Source of the DNA: Candidatus Nomurabacteria bacterium
GTDB taxonomy: Bacteria > Patescibacteriota > Minisyncoccia > Phycocordibacterales > JACOZG01
DNA length: 61,285 nt
Direction of reading: 5' to 3'
Assembly (NCBI GenBank): GCA_020847275.1
Contig: JADLCI010000006.1
Span: forward strand, 1 to 61,285
A model generated the notes under the pieces. The model was not told where the DNA came from, did not search any database, and was given only the letters and a program-made list of their open reading frames with translations. The position numbers and the translations under genes were made by a program. This document shows positions 32,345 through 42,569 of this stretch, piece after piece (within the stretch, counting starts at the first letter, position 1; every line of letters starts with the position of its first letter).

Positions 32345-34154
32345 CTAGTTTTTCTTTGTCTAATTTCGCCTGTTTTATTGCAAGAATCTGAGAGGGGTCG
32401 GAAGTGATAATTTGATCCTCTGTGTAGGAGGCGATTATTTTGATAGCCACATGTTTTAATCCCGCGAAAAAGATTCCTTCCCCTACTGCCGACTCCAGTA
32501 ACAGATACTTCTCACCGTCGGTTAGTTGGAATGTTTGCTGGACCAGGTCAATTGCCGCTGGCGATTGTTTCAGTAGAAGCTGGATAGAAGAGTTGGTAAT
32601 AATTGGTGTGCCATACTCACTTTTCAAGAAGTCGCCGACGTCTTGAGTGATGGTGGCGACACCCAAGTAATACTTTCTACCTCTTTTAACCAATGAAAAT
32701 AAGAATGATGCCGTGTCCTTGGATTTCATCATCCACCAAGCTTCATCAATGACGAGCAGGCGTTTTTTCATATTGCGTCGAATGGCGTTCCAGATATTGT
32801 GCATGACAATATACATTGCCACCGGTTTAAGCTCATCTTCCATGTCGCGAACGGAGAAGACGACGAACTTTTTATTAATATCAACATTCGTGGGTTTATT
32901 GATAAAGCCGGCCCAGGTTCCACGGGTGTACTTGAGTAGGCGCTGAGCGAGAGCTTCTCCGCCATCCATTCCGACCAGAACTAATTCTAAGTCAGAGAGA
33001 AGTGGAGCTGGTTTGTTGGTAAAGTCGCCGTCGGCTGTGATGTCCTTCAAGGCATAGGTCTCAGTGATGGCATTGTCCATGATCGCATCTTCTTCAGGGG
33101 TTAGGCCGCCAAGCATTAATCTGAATAAGCCAACGAGGTTGATAATATTTGAACGCAAGACATCAGCCGGCGACTCGTCTTCTCGCGGGAAGGGCAAATC
33201 AAAAGGGTTGATGTGGTGTTCAGAGGTGAGGGAAATGTTGAAGTAGCGTCCACCGACGGCTTCAGCTAGGAATTCGTATTCCCTCTCTGGGTCAATGACC
33301 AGCACATCTGTGTCGAACATTAGTGAACGTAAGATTTCCAACTTAGTTGCGTAGGATTTTCCAGAGCCAGATTTGGCAAAAGTGACGGAGTTATAGTTTT
33401 CTAGCGAGAAGCGATCAAACAGGATTAGGGATGAGTTGTGGCGGTTTATTCCATATAGAATTCCTTTATTTGAAGTTAAATCGAACGAGACAAAAGGGAA
33501 GAGCGAGGAAAGTGGAGAGGAATTAAGCTTGTAGTTTACCGCGAGCAGGTCTTCGGCGGTGGGGATCACACTTTTGAAGCCCTCCGCTTGCTGGAAAAGG
33601 GCTGGTTTTAGGTAAACCAACTTGGCGTCCAGGATGCCTTTTATTTCGGTTTCTGTTTTATTTAACTCATCTTCTGTTTCACCATAGATTGTGATATAGA
33701 CACCAACATCAAAAATCTTTTCGCGGGCTTGTTGAAGTGAATCACGTAGGGTCTCGATGTCGGCATAAGCGGTATCGAGAACGGGGTCACGAACTAGCCC
33801 GCGGTCTTCCTTAATGCTGATCTGACTTTGAACCTCGGCCACTTTTTTCTCCAACTGGCGTAAGGCGATGGAGGTATCAATGGGATGAATCAGAATTGAT
33901 ATATCAAAGACCTTGTCTAAGTTTATGAGCGGTGAGAACCAGTCTCCAGAAAGAAAACGTGGGTAGGAAATGACATAAAAGGTGCGAGCCACTTTGTCTC
34001 CCAGGTTAAGTAGGCGGGGCGTTACCTTGAGTGCGCTTGGGGCGAGAATATCACGCAAGCCGAGCACCCCCATCTGGTAGATGTCTTGTGGAAAAACCGG
34101 GGCCATCATTGGTGTAGGTTTCTCTTCTTTTTTTCCAAATCCAAATGGTGTCAT
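32337..34154 (-). CDS. virB4: VirB4/TraG-like P-loop ATPase
   Basis: FAKSGSGKSY Walker A, VIDPEREY, LVIDEAWWMM Walker B, KRGRKY, TQDVGDF, GEGIFF motifs. Confidence 0.85.
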   Translation of the reverse strand: MTPFGFGKKEEKPTPMMAPVFPQDIYQMGVLGLRDILAPSALKVTPRLLNLGDKVARTFYVISYPRFLSGDWFSPLINLDKVFDISILIHPIDTSIALRQLEKKVAEVQSQISIKEDRGLVRDPVLDTAYADIETLRDSLQQAREKIFDVGVYITIYGETEDELNKTETEIKGILDAKLVYLKPALFQQAEGFKSVIPTAEDLLAVNYKLNSSPLSSLFPFVSFDLTSNKGILYGINRHNSSLILFDRFSLENYNSVTFAKSGSGKSYATKLEILRSLMFDTDVLVIDPEREYEFLAEAVGGRYFNISLTSEHHINPFDLPFPREDESPADVLRSNIINLVGLFRLMLGGLTPEEDAIMDNAITETYALKDITADGDFTNKPAPLLSDLELVLVGMDGGEALAQRLLKYTRGTWAGFINKPTNVDINKKFVVFSVRDMEDELKPVAMYIVMHNIWNAIRRNMKKRLLVIDEAWWMMKSKDTASFLFSLVKRGRKYYLGVATITQDVGDFLKSEYGTPIITNSSIQLLLKQSPAAIDLVQQTFQLTDGEKYLLLESAVGEGIFFAGLKHVAIKIIASYTEDQIITSDPSQILAIKQAKLDKEKLDG

Positions 34155-34159
34155 GGTTG

Positions 34160-34813
34160 TTAATTAATACTCGGAATATCGCTCTCGCCGGGGTTGAAAA
34201 TTTTGAAATAAAGCTCGACCAGCTCCTCTGTCCCTAGTTGGACTACGCGTAAGCCAATTCGACCGAAACCCTGTTCTACCACGGCTGCGCGTTGTTCTAG
34301 CTGGGTACGGTGCTCCTCAAACTCATTTAATTCATGATGGGCTGGCTTTGGTCCCCCACCAAAACCTGGAATTCTTGCCAAGAAGCTTCCGCCCGATTGT
34401 CCCAGATTAACTGGCGGTGAATAAGGGATGACCACGAAGAAGCTCTTAGACATAATATCTGTCGATTCGGTAAATTTTCTGATGAAATCGATGTATTCCC
34501 GGGTTTGGATTTTCAGCAGGTCATTGCTTTGGGAGACCAAGCGTTCTTCTAGGGTGCGGATGTACGGTTTGATATCAAGTCGACGTGATTCAACAAATAG
34601 TTGAACATGGAAATCGAGCGAATTAAGGAAATTTTGGAACTGGAGAAGAATGGCTGTCTGTTCGTCCTCTCCCTTTAATGCAAAGTTGATGGAGGAAACC
34701 ATCAACACCACACGAAGGGAATCGTTTTTGAGAATCACCACGCCATCACGAATCTCTTTGATCGGTAGGAAATCTTGCGAAGCGCGGCCATCACTTTTTA
34801 TTGCCGTGGCCAT
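34160..34813 (-). CDS. conserved VirB4-associated protein
   Basis: SQDFLPIKEIRDG, SSINFALK..DEQ...FQNFLNSLDF motifs; sits between prgI and virB4. Confidence 0.75.
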   Translation of the reverse strand: MATAIKSDGRASQDFLPIKEIRDGVVILKNDSLRVVLMVSSINFALKGEDEQTAILLQFQNFLNSLDFHVQLFVESRRLDIKPYIRTLEERLVSQSNDLLKIQTREYIDFIRKFTESTDIMSKSFFVVIPYSPPVNLGQSGGSFLARIPGFGGGPKPAHHELNEFEEHRTQLEQRAAVVEQGFGRIGLRVVQLGTEELVELYFKIFNPGESDIPSIN

Positions 34814-34831
34814 AGTTTAATTGTAACAGAA

Positions 34832-35251
34832 TTATTGGACCTTTTCTCGAATGTCCAGACTCCAGGACAAATCTTTCAGGCGACTTTCGGAGAGTTTGGG
34901 CATTACCAGCGCTTTCGGGCGGTCTGCTTTTTGGTTATTCCCGGACACGGAGCTTGTCTTGGTTGGGTCGCTGTGTTTCCAGATATAAAGCTTATGGGTA
35001 AGAAGATAACGGAACACCGCTTCCAGAACCAGAATAAAAGAGCGGTTATTTACTTTATAAAAGGCGAGGGCTAAGGCGAGACCAAATACCGGAAGAATGA
35101 AAATTACCGCAAGCCAGTGATAGGGTAGATAAACCCAAAACATGAAGGAGAATCCCGCTCCACCGGCAACATAGACGAATTGACGAAAGGTTAGGGGTCC
35201 GAAAATCTTATCTTCAATCTCAATAAATTGTGGGACCTGAAAGTTGAGCAT
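34832..35251 (-). CDS. PrgI-family membrane protein
   Basis: FQVPQFIEIEDKIFGPLTFRQF plus two TMs. Confidence 0.88.
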   Translation of the reverse strand: MLNFQVPQFIEIEDKIFGPLTFRQFVYVAGGAGFSFMFWVYLPYHWLAVIFILPVFGLALALAFYKVNNRSFILVLEAVFRYLLTHKLYIWKHSDPTKTSSVSGNNQKADRPKALVMPKLSESRLKDLSWSLDIREKVQ

Positions 35252-35253
35252 AT

Positions 35254-35775
35254 TTATTCTGGTCGTTCGAGATAGGGGTCAATCTTTTTAATGGGTGTTG
35301 GGTTGTTGGCGGTTGTGGGGGTATCTGGCGAACCAGTTAGAAAGTTTTCCGTCAGTTTTCGTTCAAAAATAGTTCGTTTTTCCTCACTAATCTTTGGTAA
35401 AGCCGTCTGGTTTTCTATTTCGCGCAAGAGCTCATCTTGTTTTGGGGTATTCTTGTTTTCCTCCATTTGTTTTAAGGATTCGCGGATCTTCAGAAAAATT
35501 TCTTTGTTTACATTGGTGGCAATCTGTTCGGCTAGTGAACGTTCTATTCCAAGCCGGGTCTCGATGTTAGAGACAAAGATATTTGAGGGCTCAAGGCCGA
35601 GCATTACGAGGCCAATCTCGTCAGACAAGGAGCCGATCTGGTCAATGTGTAGTTTATGTCTGTCTCCTATTAGTTTGATCCTATCTGACGTTTCTTTGGA
35701 AAACAAAGCCTCGCGCACGATGGCTGGCGCCTGGTCAAACTGCTTATCTAACTCTTCTTGCGTGTAAGTTTTCAT
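35254..35775 (-). CDS. conserved hypothetical protein
   Basis: 173 aa, IGDRHKLHIDQIG.L..EIGLVMLG motif, terminal DPYLERPE. Confidence 0.8.
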   Translation of the reverse strand: MKTYTQEELDKQFDQAPAIVREALFSKETSDRIKLIGDRHKLHIDQIGSLSDEIGLVMLGLEPSNIFVSNIETRLGIERSLAEQIATNVNKEIFLKIRESLKQMEENKNTPKQDELLREIENQTALPKISEEKRTIFERKLTENFLTGSPDTPTTANNPTPIKKIDPYLERPE

Positions 35776-35778
35776 TTT

Positions 35779-38100
35779 TTATGGAATGATAATTCTCCCG
35801 GGGTTTGGGTTTTCTTCAGGTGGTAAATTTGTTGGGTTTCGACCACCGCCCGCTCCAGGTACTGTTTCTTGGTCGGACATTCTCCTGGCAATTTGGGCGA
35901 GACGAGTTCTCTTGGCGCCACCCACCTTAGATAGCTCCCCTAGAATTCTACTGTCAATATTGTTAGCAATTGCTTGAATTGTTTTTTCGTATTGTTCTTG
36001 ATCCTTTTCGTTCAGTTCAGCGATGAATTTAGCCAGAGTTTTGTTCGACATCTTATCAATCTCCCTCTCAATTATAGTTGATCTGTTCTCCTTTATTGAC
36101 TCACGTAATAATTCTTCCCTCTTTTCCTTAATTTTTGCAAACTTCTTTGGCTCGATACCGTCTTTCCCGTCGGATAGTGCGGTCATTTGCGATTCGGATA
36201 GTAGGTGGGCTAGTTTTACGAGTGTGTCTGGGTCGATTTTGACGATATTTTTATTGCTTACTTCCTGAACCGCTATCTCGTGTTTTTCTTGAGTTTTTTT
36301 CTCTGCTTCTGTTAGCGGTTTGGTCGTTGTCTCTACTGGGGTGTCGTTAGCAATTTGTTCAAGTTCAACTCCCTTCTCCTTGTCCTTTCTTTCATTCGCA
36401 CGCTCCTTTTCTTCCTTGGCATATTTCGCGGCTTCCCTCTCGTCGTCTTTGGTTTGCCCCAATATCTTGATTCCTGTGGCGCTGGACACACCCTCATTGA
36501 GTAGGCGACCAGGTTCCTTGGTCACGGATTCAACAGCGCGTTTGACTACTCGACCCTCAGACAATGTTTCAGTAAATTCTTTAACACCAGGGATTTTTTT
36601 AGCCTGGAGAGTGAGACGCTTGAAACCCTCCTCACCTCTTTTTAGGATCCCGCCGTCTGGGGCCACTCTCTTGCCCATCGCTTTATAGCCGCTTCCAATA
36701 ATTCCACCGATTGGCCGACCAAGTAACTTGGCGCCAAAGCCGGTGATCCCTCCACCCAACTTGGTGCCAAGTGCGGCGCCAGCGACGCCAAGTTCTTTGG
36801 CAATGATCAATGAACCAAGCATTAGGCCGTTTACGATAGCGAAGACAACCAGACTGCCAACCGGCCCCGAGTTTGCCGCCGCGCCCAGATCACCAGAGTT
36901 AACCAATTTTATCGTCATAAGAATAAGCAAGAGATAGACCGGGGCGAAAATGACTTGGTTTGTCAGGGCGCTTTGCCATTTCTTAGCCAGTTTTCCCAGA
37001 CCGTCTCCCCCGATGGCGAAACCAAGGAAAGCAACGGGTGATAGTACGAGCACAAAGATGAGGACAATTGTGCGAATGAAGAACATTACCGCCCCAGCGA
37101 AGAGAACCGTCGCGGTGATCAGCATCAGAACAATTCGACCAGCGTAAGAAGTTAGAATTGATCCGAATTGTCGTAGGGTGCTGTCACTATCATTGCCATT
37201 CCAAGCCAGAACATCTTCGTAGTAACTTTTCCTCATCCCATCGATTAGTGAGGTGGTGATATCTGGCGCGCCGTTTACGCCAGTGGGATTTTCTCCGCCG
37301 GCCATGGAGTAGAACTGGTTTGCCACCACATTGCTGGCGTCGATGATTATGCCCGTGAAGAAGAAGCTGAAATTAACCAAAAGGGCGGCGATAATAACAT
37401 TTTTTAAAAGGTGTTTCCCTTGGACGGAATTGAGCTGAAGGATGGTGCCAATAGCGACATAAAGCAAAACGAAAATGAAAGAAATATTTACCAAATCACG
37501 GAAGATTGACCAAGCCGTTTTGACGCCATCAAGCCCGGCGTAAGTATTAAATTCGCGCACCGAGATATCAATTGCTAGATTGAAGATCTGGTTGGCCAAT
37601 ATCACTAGCAGGGCGAACAGGCGAACTACCCACCAAAGTAGCCAGGCAACAGCACGGAGTATTATACAGCCGGTGTTCCAACCACAATCCGGTAGCGGTT
37701 CTTCTCCACCCGCTAGGCCGCCATTCTGGGGATTACCAGAGCCAGTGTTACCAGAATTTCCAGGAGGAAGGCCCGTTGTGGTGTCCAAGTTTCCGGTGTT
37801 GAATACCGCCCCATTTCTGTGGAAAAAAGCGTCTGTATATTGTTGTCTCCTCTCACTCGCCTGAGAGGAATTTATTCGGCCTTCGTTGAAATCATTTCTA
37901 ACGGCCAGTTCCGACAGGATTGCCCCTCGATCTTCGGCGTTTTGATTTGGACTTAGGCTGGCTCGCAGGGCAGTGTCTGAATAGTCGACCAAATTTTCCG
38001 GACCGACCGGCGTATCAAAGCCCCGGATATCTATTGCGCTGGCGTGACCCGCTAGAAAAATGAAACTGATTACGATGAAAATTTTGAGGAAATTCTTCAT
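35779..38100 (-). CDS. VirB6/TrbL-like polytopic membrane protein with long cytoplasmic tail
   Basis: Signal peptide; WSIFRDLVNISFIFVLLY, LLVNFSFFFTGIIIDASN, RTIVLIFVLVLSPVAF motifs; Gly-rich linker; charged C-terminus. Confidence 0.75.
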   Translation of the reverse strand: MKNFLKIFIVISFIFLAGHASAIDIRGFDTPVGPENLVDYSDTALRASLSPNQNAEDRGAILSELAVRNDFNEGRINSSQASERRQQYTDAFFHRNGAVFNTGNLDTTTGLPPGNSGNTGSGNPQNGGLAGGEEPLPDCGWNTGCIILRAVAWLLWWVVRLFALLVILANQIFNLAIDISVREFNTYAGLDGVKTAWSIFRDLVNISFIFVLLYVAIGTILQLNSVQGKHLLKNVIIAALLVNFSFFFTGIIIDASNVVANQFYSMAGGENPTGVNGAPDITTSLIDGMRKSYYEDVLAWNGNDSDSTLRQFGSILTSYAGRIVLMLITATVLFAGAVMFFIRTIVLIFVLVLSPVAFLGFAIGGDGLGKLAKKWQSALTNQVIFAPVYLLLILMTIKLVNSGDLGAAANSGPVGSLVVFAIVNGLMLGSLIIAKELGVAGAALGTKLGGGITGFGAKLLGRPIGGIIGSGYKAMGKRVAPDGGILKRGEEGFKRLTLQAKKIPGVKEFTETLSEGRVVKRAVESVTKEPGRLLNEGVSSATGIKILGQTKDDEREAAKYAKEEKERANERKDKEKGVELEQIANDTPVETTTKPLTEAEKKTQEKHEIAVQEVSNKNIVKIDPDTLVKLAHLLSESQMTALSDGKDGIEPKKFAKIKEKREELLRESIKENRSTIIEREIDKMSNKTLAKFIAELNEKDQEQYEKTIQAIANNIDSRILGELSKVGGAKRTRLAQIARRMSDQETVPGAGGGRNPTNLPPEENPNPGRIIIP

Positions 38101-38101
38101 T

Positions 38102-41100
38102 TTATCTGCCGCTCACGTGATTAATTAGAAGCTCAATAATCCTTGCCTTAATCTCAAGAATAATATTTTGTTCTTGGCTCAGCCCGGCCCGACTAAGTGA
38201 ATCAACCACGGTATTGTGTACAAGGTTGCTGCACTGGAAGTTACAGCTATCCGCGCTGGAGAAATTACTATTAGTAAAACCGCGACCGCGAATTCCAGAG
38301 TCTAGGTAGCCGCTAAGTGATCCAATTTGTTGTGATGTCCAACCACTTGCTTGATTACCAAGATTGGTGACCCCGGTGTTTATTGCCTGATTGAGTGAAT
38401 TAGTGAAGTTGGACCCGAAAGAATATTGGTCAATCAAGTTGTAATTTGTCACATCGTAACCGCTTTGCTGGTATTGCTGGTTCGGATTACATGGTTCTAG
38501 TCCCGGACAGGGGTTATCTCCTTCTAGGACTAAACTATTTGGATCAATACCACCATTAGCGTTAAACATTTCAATTAACTTGCCGAGCGGCCCCACCGAG
38601 TCTTCCTTGTAATTGCTGGCCATGACCAGCTTCAAGATGTCTACGATGCCGAGGATGTTTTCCCGCTGACTAATTGTTGACCCCCGAGTTTTGATCTGCC
38701 AGCCACCGATGCAGGTTGGCTTTAGTTCTACTTGGCTTGACCACTCCTTACATTCAACCAAGTCATTTACTCCGTTATTCGCCAGATACTGGACTGTTGC
38801 CTGCTCTCGCTGTTGGCTAGCATTACTTAGGGCGTATTCAATACCCTCTAGTGTTCTTGTGGTGGGGTCATTATCTATTGCTTTGAGCCAATTATCCCAG
38901 AATTCTTGCTTACTTAGTGATGGTGTGTTGCTATTGAATTTGTTCCACTCGGATTGTGACATGGTGGCTGCCGGTAGACGGTTTTGTTGTGTGAGGGCTT
39001 CTAGTAAACGGGCAGTTTTCGCATCTTGCTCATTGCCACTTTGTTTAAGCAAGTAAGAGGCTTTGAGCAACGCCTCCTCCGAGGCATCGTTCCAGTTTTG
39101 GTTGATATCGGCTGTCGTTGAGTGACCTTGATTATTGTCTCCTCCGCCGAAACGGTCGGGAATGGCATTAACCTTGAATTTCTGGAAATTTTTAAGGGCG
39201 GCGGCGGTAAGTACCATTGATCCGGCCCAAGCGGCAGGGTTTAGTACGCGTCCTAGTGTTTCTAAGTTTTTTAAAGTAAAGAGTGAGGATTTGTTTTTCA
39301 AACAATCTTTGATGGCCACCTGTTTCTGTTCATTCTGGGTTTTAATAATTGCCTTATTTTGTTCGTTGTTTTGCTTGATTCCCGCCTCTGTTCCCGCGGC
39401 TGGCTTGAAGAGAGTTTTAGTCTGATTTTTCATCGTCTGGATGGTAGCGCTGTGTTGGGCGGCATCGCTGACCGGAACACGTGTTGCGAGACCAAATTGG
39501 TCCAATTCTTCTAATCCGAAAGCGTTGGTGAGGGCGAGGTTCACCATATTTTCTGCAATTGGGGAAAGTAGGCCCCCGACATAAGGAACGCCATCTACGA
39601 GACCACCAATGCCGCCAGAAATACCGCTTACAACCCCCACCCCAAGTTGATTACCAAGTGAGCCCCAACCCAAAGTGGAGTTTGAGGCAATTGTTTGGGA
39701 ATCAACCGCGTCAGCGGCGTCGGACCCGATATTGTCCATTGCTGATGGTGCCCCCTCAAGAATAGAGGTTTCGTAATCAGGAAAGCCTTCACCCAGGTTC
39801 CCAGCATTGAGCGACTGCGCCACAGAACCATCCATTTGCCCGCTGAAACCGCCGAGTCTCTGGGCATAGTCAATTCCAAGCGGAGTCAACTGACTGCCGG
39901 CGGTCAAGGTGTCGATTGTCACTGGCCCGTTATAACCAATCGCGGCGAGATTACCGATGGCGCTATCGTAACCAGATATCCCTAGTCCGGAAACAGTGGC
40001 CAGAGCAAGTGGTTGGGCAATTGCCTGTGAAACTGGCGCCAGATCGAAACCAATCGCCGCCGTGATGTTATTGCCTGCCCAATCATTGAAATTGAAGTTG
40101 TCGAAGCTGTCGCTGGCATTACTGATAGCGTTATTGAAATTGGTATTGTTGAATTGACCCATCAGTCCGGCGTGGCCCCCCGGACCGGAGACACCCTGGA
40201 GGACGACCTGCATAATTGTGGGCATCATTTGCTGTACCAGCTTGTCTATCCCACCACTTTGCGAGATACCGTGTGCTGCGTCATTGGCGATGCCGCGCTG
40301 AATGTTTTGAGCTAAGTCGCTTAGCATGATGGTAATTTGCTGTTGCGTCATTTGAATGGCAACATTGGCTAGTGTCTTAAGGGTTGCCGTCGTGTTTATT
40401 CCTCCCCCGTCTTGAATTTGTGATGTAACTATTTGTGGCAAGGCGCTAAGAACACTGTTCAGTGTTTCAAAGAGTGAGCCACCGGGGCCGAAGACTCTTC
40501 CAATCATTTCTTGGAAGCCAGCATCGGCGGCTAACAAAGGCGAAGACTCTGAGGCGTCGTCGTAAATTTGATTCTCGAATTGGGGGGTGAGATTATTTCG
40601 TAGTTGCTCGCTGATTCCCGTCTCTAGGGCGTTTGGTAGTTCGTTTTGGATAATCTGCGGAAGCAGTTGTCTGATTGAATCACGAAGCATGCCAGATGTG
40701 GGTTGGGTCACATTGGCCGACCGCATCCGTTGTTGAATTAGGGCTGGCAGTTGGCGACTTAGGCCGTCCTGAATGATTCTCGGTAGTTGTTGGGTTAATT
40801 GTTGTTGAACAATATTGTGGAGGTTGTTGCTAATCGTGTTTCCGATGGTTTGAGACAGTGTCTGCTGAAGTCCTCGGCTGATTACATTACGAAGGTTGTT
40901 GCCAAAGTTGATTCCCTGCTGGTCGGGTTTGCAGGGGTCTTTGTCCCCCTCCTCTTCTTTGTGTTCCTGCTTTAACTCTTGAGTGGACTGTTTATAGAAC
41001 GCACTCCAGAATCCTCCACTAGAGGTTTGCGCCATTGCTAGTTGAGGTAAGACTAGGCTGACAATTAAGAAAATGGGGAGGAGTTTTTTAAGGAGAAATT

Positions 41101-41107
41101 TGGTCAT
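38102..41107 (-). CDS. 1001-aa secreted Gln/Gly/Asn-rich protein
   Basis: Signal peptide (AMA-Q), LPxIIQ helical repeats, Gly-zipper-like segment, Cys-containing C-terminal region. Confidence 0.8.
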   Translation of the reverse strand: MTKFLLKKLLPIFLIVSLVLPQLAMAQTSSGGFWSAFYKQSTQELKQEHKEEEGDKDPCKPDQQGINFGNNLRNVISRGLQQTLSQTIGNTISNNLHNIVQQQLTQQLPRIIQDGLSRQLPALIQQRMRSANVTQPTSGMLRDSIRQLLPQIIQNELPNALETGISEQLRNNLTPQFENQIYDDASESSPLLAADAGFQEMIGRVFGPGGSLFETLNSVLSALPQIVTSQIQDGGGINTTATLKTLANVAIQMTQQQITIMLSDLAQNIQRGIANDAAHGISQSGGIDKLVQQMMPTIMQVVLQGVSGPGGHAGLMGQFNNTNFNNAISNASDSFDNFNFNDWAGNNITAAIGFDLAPVSQAIAQPLALATVSGLGISGYDSAIGNLAAIGYNGPVTIDTLTAGSQLTPLGIDYAQRLGGFSGQMDGSVAQSLNAGNLGEGFPDYETSILEGAPSAMDNIGSDAADAVDSQTIASNSTLGWGSLGNQLGVGVVSGISGGIGGLVDGVPYVGGLLSPIAENMVNLALTNAFGLEELDQFGLATRVPVSDAAQHSATIQTMKNQTKTLFKPAAGTEAGIKQNNEQNKAIIKTQNEQKQVAIKDCLKNKSSLFTLKNLETLGRVLNPAAWAGSMVLTAAALKNFQKFKVNAIPDRFGGGDNNQGHSTTADINQNWNDASEEALLKASYLLKQSGNEQDAKTARLLEALTQQNRLPAATMSQSEWNKFNSNTPSLSKQEFWDNWLKAIDNDPTTRTLEGIEYALSNASQQREQATVQYLANNGVNDLVECKEWSSQVELKPTCIGGWQIKTRGSTISQRENILGIVDILKLVMASNYKEDSVGPLGKLIEMFNANGGIDPNSLVLEGDNPCPGLEPCNPNQQYQQSGYDVTNYNLIDQYSFGSNFTNSLNQAINTGVTNLGNQASGWTSQQIGSLSGYLDSGIRGRGFTNSNFSSADSCNFQCSNLVHNTVVDSLSRAGLSQEQNIILEIKARIIELLINHVSGR

Positions 41108-41931
41108 TTGATTTTTGGGGAAATGGAGAAGTAATGATCTAGAGCGTTGATTACGGTAATTACCTTGCCATAGTGAATCGTTCTCTGGTCGGCACTCTCC
41201 ACGGCGAGGAGCGGTTCGCTCGCCACTTGTCCCATATTATAAATTATTTGGCCGAGATTGGCTAAGGTGTTTATGAGAGAAAGGTGGAGAAGTGAGGCGG
41301 AGACTGGTACGGGCGTAACCAAGAGTCGGCTAATCGTGGTTTGGATATTCTGAGTTGCACTTTTCAAAATCTCGTATGACCCTGTGTCTTCTGAATTCTG
41401 AAACAAGTTGTACATTAGCGTGGTTTCATTACCCACCAGTCCGTCGGTGTAATCTTGGAGGATTTTCTTAATTGTTGTTCGGTAAACATTGGCCGTTTGA
41501 ACAGTATCCTCATCTGTCAGTCTAAGATCCGTAAATTTGTACTGATTTTTTTCAAGTGTTTTGGGGTCGAGCTTGGCGAGGGGGGCTTGTTTATCTACCA
41601 GTGCTTGAGTGCCCACGATAATTGCTCGATCTTCCACCTGGTTTAGGGGATCATTTGGCCCGGCGAGACGGGGGTTTCTATTCTGCACCACCTCCTCACC
41701 ATCTTTAGTACCATCACCGTCGGTGTCGGGGTTGTTTGGGTCGGTTTGCCAGAGTCGTTCTTCCCAACCAGTTAGTCCGTCATTATCGGCATCACTTGCG
41801 AGGGCTGTTTCTTCCAAACGTTTCTCTGCTTCTTCCTGCTCGATTATTCTTGTGCCTCGCCACCACAACAGAAACACAATGACGATGATGAATAATGGCG
41901 GAACGAGAATCCACAAGATTTTTCTTTTCAC
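41104..41931 (-). CDS. membrane-anchored protein with a thrombospondin type 3-like Ca-binding repeat
   Basis: DADNDGLTGWEE...TDPNNPDTDGDGTKDGEEV motif after an N-terminal TM. Confidence 0.8.
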   Translation of the reverse strand: MKRKILWILVPPLFIIVIVFLLWWRGTRIIEQEEAEKRLEETALASDADNDGLTGWEERLWQTDPNNPDTDGDGTKDGEEVVQNRNPRLAGPNDPLNQVEDRAIIVGTQALVDKQAPLAKLDPKTLEKNQYKFTDLRLTDEDTVQTANVYRTTIKKILQDYTDGLVGNETTLMYNLFQNSEDTGSYEILKSATQNIQTTISRLLVTPVPVSASLLHLSLINTLANLGQIIYNMGQVASEPLLAVESADQRTIHYGKVITVINALDHYFSISPKIK

Positions 41932-41978
41932 CCCCTAATTATATGCTATAACCGTGTTATACTTCTAGGGTAAAACTT

Positions 41979-42569
41979 ATGAGGAAGAAACTTCTTATCG
42001 TTTTGTTGTTTGGTGGTATTTTGTTTAGTAATACGTCGCTCGCTTTAGCGCAATCTCAAAGTGTCAACACATTTGAGGTAACAAGGCTAGTTGAGATTAT
42101 TCAGCGCATAGTTGAGCTAATTAGCAAGATTAGTTTAAGGCCTGCTGTTAATCAACAGCCGGCTGTTGTTCGTCGGCCAACCCCGACATCTCTTTCCGGC
42201 TTAGCTTCTGGTTCACAATTAGCCACAAATCCAGCAAGTCAAACGACCGTCTCGCTATCTTCCCCTGCCCCACTAGTTCCGCCCACGATTTCTGGTGTCA
42301 GCCCGTCTGCTGGTGGACCACATGAGACAATTACCCTTTCCGGCACCGGCTTCACGCCCACCGGGAACACGGTTTACACCGGTTATGGTGAAGTAGTTCG
42401 CCCTTCATCAGACGGAAGAACAATCACTTTTGATTTTACTGTTCCCGGTTTTCCTTCTAATACAACATTATTGAAACAGCACGGTTTCCCGAGACTGCCC
42501 TTTGGGTTTTATGTTCGTAATGCGAATGGTTTAACGGCCGAACCGGGGCGTTTCTTTTTGCAATTATGA
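41979..42569 (+). CDS. secreted IPT/TIG-domain protein
   Basis: Signal peptide, S/T/P/Q linker, PTISGVSPSAGGPHETITLSGTGF...SSDGRTITF. Confidence 0.75.
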   Translation: MRKKLLIVLLFGGILFSNTSLALAQSQSVNTFEVTRLVEIIQRIVELISKISLRPAVNQQPAVVRRPTPTSLSGLASGSQLATNPASQTTVSLSSPAPLVPPTISGVSPSAGGPHETITLSGTGFTPTGNTVYTGYGEVVRPSSDGRTITFDFTVPGFPSNTTLLKQHGFPRLPFGFYVRNANGLTAEPGRFFLQL

